A DNA stretch of 64,000 bases, from positions 423,522,001-423,586,000 of the forward strand of contig OZ024740.1 in assembly GCA_964016885.1 (NCBI GenBank). The letters run 5' to 3'. Position 1 is the first letter of the stretch, and every line of letters begins with the position of its first letter. The stretch comes from Eledone cirrhosa (taxonomy: Eukaryota). The position numbers and the translations under genes are program-made. The notes under the pieces were generated by a model. The model ran no database searches, was not told the DNA's origin, and saw only the letters and a program-made list of their open reading frames with translations. Positions 28,231-40,400 of this stretch are shown in pieces.

Positions 28231-28455
28231 TTAAATTTTAGCTCGTTTCATTGGAGCCTCGTCAGTAGGTGTGTCATAGCCATCACTTTCATCCTCGTCT
28301 TCTTCATCTAATTGACGCATGAATGCAATGGAAGGATGATGTCCTGCTCCAGCCCATCCATCAGGACTTTCTCCATGTTTTCTTGTGTGACCATCTGTGT
28401 CCAGAGGAGAGCCAGATTGGCTGGTTCGGCCACCTCCAAGGGATTGGGGAGGTAC
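28231..28455 (-). CDS. Terminal coding exon of an unidentified, probably nuclear, host protein (VPPQSLGGGRTSQSGSPLDTDGHTRKHGESPDGWAGAGHHPSIAFMRQLDEEDEDESDGYDTPTDEAPMKRAKI*)
   Basis: Acceptor TTTTTTATATATTTGTAG|GTACCT; 74 sense codons open to TAA; higher GC than flanks; acidic tract and basic C-terminal motif; minus-strand AATAAA at 28132-28137. Confidence 0.8.
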   Translation of the reverse strand, partial: VPPQSLGGGRTSQSGSPLDTDGHTRKHGESPDGWAGAGHHPSIAFMRQLDEEDEDESDGYDTPTDEAPMKRAKI

Positions 28456-28857
28456 CTACAAATATATAAAAAAGTCATTATTTGAAATATTGTTCTCTAT
28501 TTTGTTTTTTGGGGGTTTTTATTTATACTTTTTTTTTTTAAATGGGAAAAAAGGAAAAAAATGTAGGAAAAAAGAAAGTGAAGTTAATTTTATCTTCGTT
28601 TTCTGTAATCAAATAATTTGGTATCATCACCTGCCTCAGTAAAATTTCTCTTTACTGAAATAAATTAAGTTGAAATGAGTAAATATATTAAAATACTTTT
28701 AGAACTCAGGGATCTTATAGTTTGGGTAGAAAACAACAAGAAAAAAGCTTATGAACAGGAAAAAATAAAACTTGTGAACAATTTCATTTATAAGGTACTT
28801 GAGATGCAGGCTTTAGCCCCAACTTTCCTGCTAAAGGTAAAACTGATGGTTCATTGA

Positions 28858-29150
28858 CAACCACAACATCCAGTCCAAATAAATGAGATAATGAGATCGA
28901 GATCGTGTAGGTGTCACAACAAAAAAACACACAGTCCACGCTGTAATGTGGCCGTGTAGGTAACACGGTAAAAAGTTCCCAGTTCACACTGTAAATGTGG
29001 TTGGTGTTAGGAAGAGCATCCAGCTGTAGAAAACCTGCCAGATAGTCCTATATGAGCGAGACACGGTCACCTGACCAACCTTGCCTCAAATTGGGACAAC
29101 TCCCATCTAACCCATGCTAGCGTGGAAGATAGACGTTAAATGATGATGAT
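28858..29150 (+). mobile_element. RTE 3' UTR-only insertion
   Basis: Homologous to 57460-57730; ends GACGTTAAATGATGATGAT. Confidence 0.8.
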
Positions 29151-29368
29151 ATATATATATATATATATCTGTATGTATTTATAAGCCGAGGCAGGTAATC
29201 AACACAATATGTTTAGATGGTGTAGTTTTGAAATTCTCATGATTGGAGAATATATTAATGAAGTTTTAATATTTTGATATTTACAATGTTTTAAGTGTCG
29301 TTTAGAGTATAGTTTTTTTTGTTTCACAACTTTATTACATGATAATTTCTTTACCAATTACAGTGTAA

Positions 29369-29603
29369 CTGGTGTAATATTCACCCCAAAGTGAAACCAG
29401 TGTAATATTCACCTCCAAAGTGAAACCAGTGTAATATTCACCTCCAAAGTGAAACAGGTGTAATATTCACCTCCAAAGTGAAACAGGTGTAATATTCACC
29501 CCCAAAGTGAAACAGGTGTAATATTCACCTCCAAAGTGAAACTGGTGTAATATTCACCTCCAAAGTGAAACAGGTGTAATATTCACCTCCAAAGTGAAAT
29601 ATT
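29369..29603. repeat. 29-bp minisatellite, ~8 copies (GTGTAATATTCACCTCCAAAGTGAAACAG)
   Basis: Periodicity seen directly. Confidence 0.95.
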
Positions 29604-29711
29604 TTAGCCCTTCATTTACATGGAATATTGACCTTGAATATAAAGCCAACATCAATTTTACCATCAATTTCTTTTGTCAGATATTTCTCAGCTATATACG
29701 AGTATACATGG

Positions 29712-29749
<38 letters not shown>

Positions 29750-30179
29750 GAATGTATATATATATATAAACAAATAGTAAAAAGGAAAAAATTCAGTGGA
29801 AAATGCTGGAGAGATTTTTTCAGTATAATATCAAAAACATTTATTTATAAAGTGGGTATTTCTGCATTTAATAGTGGTACCAGTTTCAGCTTTATATGCT
29901 TTTTCAACTACGTATGTACATAATGCAGTTAAGTTGGATATTTATATGAATAATAAAAAGGGGAAGAAAAATTACTAGTTTTTACATACATATTTAGAGA
30001 GGAGAGTTCATATCTCTGTCCATGGTTGTCTTTATATATATATATTTTTTCATTATACTTATTTGCAACAACACAGCTCGCCATTTTTAATTCATATATA
30101 TATAATTAAAAAAATTGAGTTAAAGACTCACATTCATCTCCTAGAATTTAATGAGCTCAAGGAATAGATTCAGGGCTCT

Positions 30180-30647
30180 TTATAAATCAACATATAGAGA
30201 GAAGTACACATAGAGATATGTGTTCAATTATAAGGGATTTAAAACCACCAGAGTGACGAACATATTAACAACGGAAGGAATGGTGAATACAAATCAATTA
30301 AAGTGTACTATCCGTCCAATTATAACTATAACATGCACACATGTGTATATCATGACTCATGCACTGTTCATTTTCCTGACGTTTATACATTACCCTATGT
30401 ACTATACATACACTTTTGATGATGAGTTGTAGTGCACCTCAGCACTGTACACAATATTTTCATTATTATTATTATAATTATAAATATAGTTATAATTGGA
30501 TGGATAGTACACTTTGATAAATTCTTTTAATTGATTTGTATTCACCATTCCTTCCATAGGTAATATGTTCATCACTCTGGTGGTTTTTGATCCCCTATGA
30601 TTGAACACATATCTCTGTGTACTTCTCTATATATGTTGATTTATATA
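30180..30647. repeat. ~150-bp inverted repeat (MITE/fold-back-like) with a CR1 3' end in the spacer
   Basis: Arms ~30180-30331 and ~30484-30647; spacer 30332-30480 is the reverse complement of 62390-62525. Confidence 0.8.
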
Positions 30648-31366
30648 TATATGTATGTATATATATGCGTGTTTGTATATATACACACATACATACACAC
30701 ACATACATGTATGTGTGTGTGTGTATGTATGTGTATGCATGTGTGTGTATGTGTGTATGTGTGTATGTATGTGTATTTGTGTATGTATGTGTGTGAGTGT
30801 GTGTGTGTTTCTTTGCTATCATTCCTCTGTAATCATTGATTTTTTCCTTTCTTCCAATCCAACATTTTTCTCATTCTTCAGGGAGATATCCATGGAAATG
30901 TGTCTCAATGAGGAAATGACTCAAAAGAAGATGAGACAGACAAAAAGAACCAAACAAAAGGAGAAAAGTTAAAAAAACAAAAGTAATGTTTCAGATAGAC
31001 ATTTCTACAACAACAACCAAACTAATTGTCAATTAATCAGTGAATGAGATTTCTCTTCAAGAAACCAATAAAGCTAAACAAGATACAAGCAAACATTGAA
31101 ATATGTGAGGTGGAGGTGTTGTAGCAGGTGTCTCTGGCCATTCTCTGTTGTAACACATTTGCCTTTTTCTCCATGGGGCATGTCTGAGACATCACTCAGA
31201 CTAGGGTGTAGTGTCTCCATCCCTCTCCCTTTCTTTCGTTGTTTGATTCTTTTTCTTTTTTTTCTTTTTGTTTCCTTTAAGAGTTTGTGTTGTTTTTGTA
31301 TAAAAACCTTTGTAAAAGAATATATTATATGTATTTGGATAGATATAAAACTGGGAAGACCCATCG

Positions 31367-31384
31367 CTAGAACAGCCGTTTAAT
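31367..31384 (-). CDS. Candidate alternative terminal exon (IKRLF*)
   Basis: Acceptor-like TTATTGCTGTCTTTGACAG|ATTAAACGGCTGTTCTAG; if read in phase 0, same phase as the exon at 28455; unique UTR-like sequence follows. Confidence 0.3.
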   Translation of the reverse strand: MKRLF

Positions 31385-31410
31385 CTGTCAAAGACAGCAA
31401 TAAGCAAACA

Positions 31411-34400
31411 TGCTTCAAAGGACAGTGACCAGTGGCCAGTGGTCAACAGAGAGACAAACCACACAGTGGGTGACAGGTAGATGAAATATAATGCCTCAGA
31501 GGACAGTGACCAGACCAGTGGCCAGTGGTCAACAGAGAGACAATCCACAAGGTGGGTGACAGGTAGATGAAATATAATGCCTCAGAGGACAGTGACCAGA
31601 CCAGTGGCCAGTGGTCAACAGAGAGACAATCACACGGTGGGTGACAGGTAGATGAAATATAATGCCTCAGAGGGCAGTGACCAGTGGCCAGTGGTCAACA
31701 GAGAGACAAACCACACGGTGGATGACAGGTAGATGAAATATAATGCCTCAGAGGACAGTGACCAGAGCAGTGGCCAGTGGTCAACAGAGAGACAATCACA
31801 CGGTGGGTGACAGGTAGATGAAATATAATGCCTCAGAGGACAGTGACCAGACCAGTGGCCAGTGGTCAACAGAGAGACAATCCACACGGTGGGTGACAGG
31901 TAGATGAAATATAATGCCTCAGAGGACAGTGACCAGACCAGCGGCCGGTGGTCAACAGAGAGACAATCACACGGTGGGTGACAGGTAGATGAAATATGCC
32001 TCAGAAGACAGTGACCAGTGGCCAGTGGTCAACAGAGAGACAATCACATGGTGGGTGACAGGTAGATGAAATATGCCTCAGAAGACAGTGACCAGTGGCC
32101 AGTGGTCAACAGAGAGACAATCCACACGGTGAGTGACAGGTAGATGAAATATAATGCTCCAGAAGACAGTGACCAGACAAGCAGCCAGTGGTCAACAGAG
32201 AGACAATCCACACAGTGAGTGACAGGTAGATGAAATATAATGCCTCAGAGGACAGTGGCCAGCAGCCAGTGGTCAACACAGAGACAATCCACACGGTGGG
32301 TGACAGGTAGATGAAATATAATGCCTCAGAGGACAGTGGCCAGCAGCCAGTGGTCAACAGAGAGATAATCCAAAGGTGGGTGACAGGTAGATGAAATATA
32401 ATGCCTCAGAAGACAGTGACCAGTGGTCAACAGAGAGACAATCCACACGGTGAGTGAGAGGTAGGTAAAATATAATGCCTCAGAGGGCAGTGGCCAGTGG
32501 TCAACAGAGACAATCCACACGGTGGGTGACAGGTAGATGAAATATAATGCCTCAGAGGACAGTGACCAGACCAGCGGCCAGTGGTCAACAGAGAGAAAAT
32601 ACACACGGTGGGTGACAGGTAGATGAAATATGCCTCAGAGGACAGTGACCAGCGGCCAGTGGTCAACAGAGAGACAACCACAAGGTGGGTGACAGGTAGA
32701 TGAAATATAATGCCTCAGAGGACAGTGAGCAGTGGCCAGTGGTCAACAGAGAGACAATCACACGGTGGGTGACAGGTAGATGAAATATAATGCCTCAGAG
32801 GACAGTGACCAGTGGCCAGTGGTCAACAGAGAGACAATCCACACGGTGGGTGACAGGTAGATGAAATATAATGCCTGAGAGGACAGTGACCAGTGGCCAG
32901 TGGTCAACAGAGACAATCCACACGGTGGGTGACAGGTACATGAAATATAATGCCTCAGAGGACAGTGACCAGACCAGTGGCCAGTAGTCAACAGAGACAA
33001 TCCACAAGGTGGGTGACAGGTAGATGAAATATAATGCCTCAGAGGACAGTGACCAGACCAGCGGCCAGTGGTCATCAGAGAGACAATCCACAAGGTGGGT
33101 GACAGGTAGATGAAATATAATGCCTCAGAGGACAGTGACCAGACCAGCGGCCAGTGGTCAACAGAGAGACAATCCACACGGTGGGTGACAGGTAGATGAA
33201 ATATAATGCCTCAGAGGACAGTGGCCAGCAGCCAGTGGTCAACAGAGAGACAATCCACAAGGTGGGTGACAGGTAGATGAAATATAATGCCTCAGAAGAC
33301 AGTGACCAGACCAGCGGCCAGTGGTCAACAGAGAGACAATCCACACAGTGAGTGACAGGTAGATGAAATATAATGCCTCAGAGGACAGTGGCCAGCAGCC
33401 AGTGGTCAACACAGAGACAATCCACACAGTGAGTGACAGGTAGATGAAATATAATGCCTCAGAGGACAGTGGCCAGCAGCCAGTGGTCAACACAGAGACA
33501 ATCCACACGGTGGGTGACAGGTAGATGAAATATAATGCCTCAGAGGACAGTGGCCAGCAGCCAGTGGTCAACAGAGAGATAATCCAAAGGTGGGTGACAG
33601 GTAGATGAAATATAATCCCTCAGAAGACAGTAACCAGTGGTCAACAGAGAGACAATCCACACGGTGAGTGAGAGGTAGATAAAATATAATGCCTCAGAGG
33701 GCAGTGGCCAGTGGTCAACAGAGACAATTCACACGGTGGGTGACAGGTAGATGAAATATAATGTCTCAGAGGACAGTGACCAGACCAGCGGCCAGTGGTC
33801 AACAGAGAGAAAATCCACACGGTGGGTGACAGGTAGATGAAATATAATGCCTCAGAAGACAGTGACTAGCGGCCAGTGGTCAACAGAGAGACAATCCACA
33901 AGGTGGGTGACAGGTAGATGAAATATAATGCCTCAGAGGACAGTGACCAGTGGCCAGTGGTCAACAGAGAGACAATCACACGGTGGGTGACAGGTAGATG
34001 AAATATAATGCCTCAGAGGACAGTGACCAGACCAATGGCCTGTGGTCAACAGAGAGACAATCCACACGGTGGGTGACAGGTAGATGAAATATAATGCCTC
34101 AGAGGACAGTGGCCAGTGGTCAACAGAGAGACAATCCACACGGTGGGTGACAGGTAGATGAAATATAATGCCTCAGAAGACAGTGAGCAGTGGCCAGTGG
34201 TCAACAGAGAGACAATCACGCGGTGGGTGACAGGTAGATGAAATATAATGCCTCAGAGGACAGTGACCAGACCAGCAGCCAGTGGTCAACAGAGAGACAA
34301 TCCACACGGTGGTTAACAGGAAGATGAAATATAATGCCTCAGAGGACAGTTACCAGACCAGCGGCCAGTGGTCAACATATGCAATCACACGGTGGGTGAC

Positions 34401-37400
34401 AGGTAGATGAAATATAATGCCTCAGAGGACAGTGACCAGCAGCCAGTGGTCAACAGAGAGACAATCCACACGGTGGGTAACAGGTAGATGAAATATAATG
34501 CCTCAGAGGACAGTGACCAGACCAGTGGCCAGTGGTCAACAGAGAGACAATCCACACGGTGGGTGACAGGTAGATGAAATATAATGCCTCAGAGGACAGT
34601 GGCCAGTGGTCAACAGAGACAATTCACACGGTGGGTGACAGGTAGATGAAATATAATGTCTCAGAGGACAGTGACCAGACCAGCGGCCAGTGGTCAACAG
34701 AGAGAAAATCCACACGGTGGGTGACAGGTAGATGAAATATAATGCCTCAGAAGACAGTGACTAGCGGCCAGTGGTCAACAGAGAGACAATCCACAAGGTG
34801 GGTGACAGGTAGATGAAATATAATGCCTCAGAGGACAGTGACCAGTGGCCAGTGGTCAACAGAGAGACAATCACACGGTGGGTGACAGGTAGATGAAATA
34901 TAATGCCTCAGAGGACAGTGACCAGACCAATGGCCTGTGGTCAACAGAGAGACAATCCACACGGTGGGTGACAGGTAGATGAAATATAATGCCTCAGAGG
35001 ACAGTGGCCAGTGGTCAACAGAGAGACAATCCACACGGTGGGTGACAGGTAGATGAAATATAATGCCTCAGAAGACAGTGAGCAGTGGCCAGTGGTCAAC
35101 AGAGAGACAATCACGCGGTGGGTGACAGGTAGATGAAATATAATGCCTCAGAGGACAGTGACCAGACCAGCAGCCAGTGGTCAACAGAGAGACAATCCAC
35201 ACGGTGGTTAACAGGAAGATGAAATATAATGCCTCAGAGGACAGTTACCAGACCAGCGGCCAGTGGTCAACATATGCAATCACACGGTGGGTGACAGGTA
35301 GATGAAATATAATGCCTCAGAGGACAGTGACCAGCAGCCAGTGGTCAACAGAGAGACAATCCACACGGTGGGTAACAGGTAGATGAAATATAATGCCTCA
35401 GAGGACAGTGACCAGACCAGTGGCCAGTGGTCAACAGAGAGACAATCCACACGGTGGGTGACAGGTAGATGAAATATAATGCCTCAGAGGACAGTGGCCA
35501 GTGGTCAACAGAGACAATCCACACGGTGGGTAACAGGTAGATGAAATATAATGCCTCAGAGGACAGTGGCCAGTGGTCAACAGAGACAATCCACACGGTG
35601 GGTAACAGGTAGATGAAATATAATGCCTCAGAGGACAGTGGCCAGTGGTCAACAGAGACAATCCACACGGTGGGTAACAGGTAGATGAAATATAATGCCT
35701 CAGAGGACAGTGACCAGACCAGCGGCCAGTGGTCAACAGAGATACAATCCACATGGTGGGTGACAGGTAGATGAAATATAATGCCTCAGAGGACAGTGAC
35801 CAGCACAGCCAGTGGTCAACAGAGAGACAATCCACACGGTGGGTGACAGGTAGATGAAATATAATGCCTCACAGGACAGTGACCAGACCAGCGGCCAGTG
35901 GTCAACAGAGAGACAATCACACGGTGGGTGACAGGTAGATGAAATATAATGCCTCACAGGACAGTGACCAGTGACATGTGGTCAACAGAGAGACAATCCA
36001 CACGGTGCGTAACAGGTAGATGAAATATAATGCCTCAGAGGACAGTGACCAGACCAGCGGCCAGTGGTCAACAGAGAGACAATCACACGGTGGGTGACAG
36101 GTAGATGAAATATAATGCCTCACAGGACAGTGACCAGTGACATGTGGTCAACAGAGAGACAATCCACACGGTGCGTAACAGGTAGATGAAATATAATGCC
36201 TCAGAGGACAGTGACCAGACCAGCGGCCAGTGGTCAACAGAGAGACAATCACACGGTGGGTGACAGGTAGATGAAATATAATGCCTCAGAGGACAGTGGC
36301 CAGTGGTCAACAGAGACAATCCACACGGTGGGTAACAGGTAGATGAAATATAATGCCTCAGAGGACAGTGACCAGACCAGCGGCCAGTGGTCAACAGAGA
36401 GACAATCCACACGGTTGGTGATAGGTAGATGAAATATAATGCCTCAGAGGACAGTGACCAGACCAGCGGCCAGTGGTCAACAGAGAGACAATCCACACGG
36501 TGGGTAACAGGTAGATGAAATATAATGCCTCAGAGGACAGTGACCAGACCAGCGGCCAGTGGTCAACAGAGAGACAATCACACGGTGGGTGACAGGTAGA
36601 TGAAATATAATGCCTCAGAGGACAGTGACCAGGCCAGTGGCCAGTGGTCAACAGAGAGACAATCCACAAGGTGGGTAACAGGTAGATGAAATATAATGCC
36701 TCAGAGGACAGTGACCAGTGGCCAGTGGTCAACAGAGAGACAATCCACACGGTGGGTGACAGGTAGATGAAATATAATGCCTCAGAAGACAGTGACCAGC
36801 AGCCAGTGGTCAACAGAGAGACAATCCACACGGTGGGTGACAGGTAGATGAAATATAATGCCTCAGAGGACAGTCACCAGACCAGCGGCCAGTGGTGAAC
36901 AGAGAGACAATCCACACGGTGGGTGTCAGGTAGATGAAATATAATGCCTCAGAGGACAGTGACCAGTGGCCAGTGGTCAACAGAGAGACAATCCACACGG
37001 TGGGTGACAGGTAGATGAAATATAATGCCTCAGAGGACAGTGACCAGCAGCCAGTGGTCAACAGAGAGCCAATCCACAAGGTGGGTGACAGGTAGATGAA
37101 ATATAATGCCTCAGAAGACAGTGACCAGACCAGCGGCCAGTGGTCAACAGAGAGACAATCCACACGGTGGGTGACAGGTAGATGAAATATAATGCCTCAG
37201 AGGACAGTGGCCAGCAGCCAGTGGTCAACAGAGAGACAATCCACAAGGTGGGTGACAGGTAGATGAAATATAATGCCTCAGAAGACAGTGACCAGACCAG
37301 CGGCCAGTGGTCAACAGAGAGACAATCCACACGGTGGGTGACAGGTAGATGAAATATAATGCCTCAGAGGACAGTGGCCAGTGGTCAACAGAGACAATCC

Positions 37401-40400
37401 ACACGGTGGGTGACAGGTAGATGTAATATAATGCCTCAGAGGACAGTGGCCAGTGGTCAACAGAGAGACAATCCACACGGTGGGTGACAGGTAGATGAAA
37501 TATAATGCCTCAGAGGACAGTGACCAGACCAGCGGCCAGTGGTCAACAGAGAGACAATCCACAAGGTGGGTGACAGGTAGATGAAATATAATGCCTCAGA
37601 AGACAGTGACCAGACCAGTGGCCAGTGGTCAACAGAGAGACAATCACACGGTGGGTGACAGGTAGATGAAATATAATGCCTCAGAGGACAGTGACCAGTG
37701 GTCAAGAGAGAGACAATCCACACGGCGGGTGACAGGTAGATGAAATATAATGCCTCAGAGGACAGTGGCCAGCAGCCAGTGGTCAACAGAGAGACAATCC
37801 ACAAGGTGGGTGACAGGTAGCTGAAATATAATGCCTCAGAAGACAGTGACCAGACCAGCGGCCAGTGGTCAACAGAGAGACAATCCACACGGTGGGTGAC
37901 AGGTAGATGAAATATAATGCCTCAGTGGCCAGTGGTCAACAGAGACAATCCACACGGTGGGTGACAGGTAGATGAAATATAATGCCTCAGAGGACAGTGA
38001 CCAGACCAATGGCCAGTGGTCAACAGAGAGACAATCCACACGGTGCGTGACAGGTAGATGAAATATAATGTCTCAGAGGACAGTGGCCAGTGGTCAACAG
38101 AGAGACAATCCACACGGTGGGTGACAGGTAGATGAAATATAATGCCTCAGAGGACAGTGGCCAGCAGCCAGTGGTCAACAGAGAGACAATCCACAAGGTG
38201 AGTGACAGGTAGATTTAATATAATGCCTCAGAGGACAGTGACCAGACCAGTGGCCAGTGGTCAACAGAGAGACAATCCACAAGGTGGGTGACAGGTAGAT
38301 GAAATATAATGCCTCAGAGGACAGTGGCCAGCAGCCAGTGGTCAACAGAGAGACAATCCACAAGGTGGGTGACAGGTAGATGAAATATAATGCCTCAGAG
38401 GACAGTGACCAGACCAGTGGCCAGTAGTAAACAGAGACAATCCACAAGGTGGGTGACAGGTAGATGAAATATAATGCCTCAGAGGACAGTGACCAGACCA
38501 GCGGCCAGTGGTCAACAGAGAGACAATCACACGATGGGTGACAGGTAGATGAAATATAATGCCTCAGAAGACAGTGACCAGTGACATGTGGTCAACAGAG
38601 AGACAATCCACATGGTGGGTGACAGGTAGATGAAATATAATGCCTCAGAGGACAGTGGCCAGTGGTCAACAGAGACAATCCACACGGTGGGTAACAGGTA
38701 GATGAAATATAATGCCTCAGAGGACAGTGGCCAGTGGTCAACAGAGAGACAATCCACACGGTGGGTAACAGGTAGATGAAATATAATGTCTCAGAGGACA
38801 GTGACCAGCGGCCAGTGGTCAACAGAGAGACAATCACACGGTGGGTGACAGGTAGATGAAATATAATGCCTCAGAGGACAGTGACCAGTGACATGTGGTC
38901 AACAGAGAGACAATCCACATGGTGGGTGACAGGTAGATGAAATATAATGCCTCAGAGGACAGTGGCCAGTGGTCAACAGAGACAATCCACACGGTGGGTA
39001 ACAGGTAGATGAAATATAATGCCTCAGAGGACAGTGACCAGACCAGCGGCCAGTGGTCAACAGAGAGACAATCCACACGGTGGGTAACAGGTAGATGAAA
39101 TATAATGCCTCAGAGGACAGTGACCAGACCAGCGGCCAGTGGTCAACAGAGACAATCCACACGGTGGGTAACAGGTAGATGAAATATAATGCCTCAGAGG
39201 ACAGTGACCAGCAGCCAGTGGTCAACAGAGAGACAATCCACACGGTGGGTAACAGGTAGATGAAATATAATACCTCAGAGGACAGTGACCTGCAGCCAGT
39301 GGTCAACAGAGAGACAATCCACACGGTGGGTAACAGGTAGATGAAATATAATGCCCCAGAGGACAGTGACCAGCGGCCAGTGGTCAACAGAGAGACAATC
39401 CACACGGTGGGTGATAGGTCGATGAAATATAATGCCTCAGAGGACAGTGACCAGTGGCCAGTGGTCAACAGAGAGACAATCCACACGGTGGGTGACAGGT
39501 AGATGAAATATAATGCCTCAGAGGACAGTGACCAGTGGCCAGTGGTCAACAGAGAGACAATCCACAAGGTGGGTGACAGGTCGATGAAATATAATGCCTC
39601 AGAGGACAGTGACCAGTGGCCAGTGGTCAACAGAGAGACAATCCACAAGGTGGGTGACAGGTCGATGAAATATAATGCCTCAGAGGACAGTGGCCAGTGG
39701 TCAACAGAGACAATCCACACGGTGGGTGACAGGTAGATGTAATATAATGCCTCAGAGGACAGTGGCCAGTGGTCAACAGAGAGACAATCCACACGGTGGG
39801 TGACAGGTAGATGAAATATAATGCCTCAGAGGACAGTGACCAGACCAGCGGCCAGTGGTCAACAGAGAGACAATCCACAAGGTGGGTGACAGGTAGATGA
39901 AATATAATGCCTCAGAAGACAGTGACCAGACCAGTGGCCAGTGGTCAACAGAGAGACAATCACACGGTGGGTGACAGGTAGATGAAATATAATGCCTCAG
40001 AGGACAGTGACCAGTGGTCAAGAGAGAGACAATCCACACGGTGGGTGACAGGTAGATGAAATATAATGCCTCAGAACACAGTGACCAGTGGCCAGTGGTC
40101 AACAGAGAGACAATCCACACGGTGGGTGACAGGTAGATGAAATATAATGCCTCAGAGGACAGTGGCCAGCAGCCAGTGGTCAACAGAGAGACAATCCACA
40201 AGGTGGGTGACAGGTAGCTGAAATATAATGCCTCAGAAGACAGTGACCAGACCAGCGGCCAGTGGTCAACAGAGAGACAATCCACACGGTGGGTGACAGG
40301 TAGATGAAATATAATGCCTCAGTGGCCAGTGGTCAACAGAGACAATCCACATGGTGGGTGACAGGTAGATGAAATATAATGCCTCAGAGGACAGTGACCA

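Noticed and set aside
29369-29603. CRISPR array (29-bp hairpin repeat), and likewise the other arrays
   Set aside because: Units are contiguous with no unique spacers, there are no cas genes, and the context is eukaryotic
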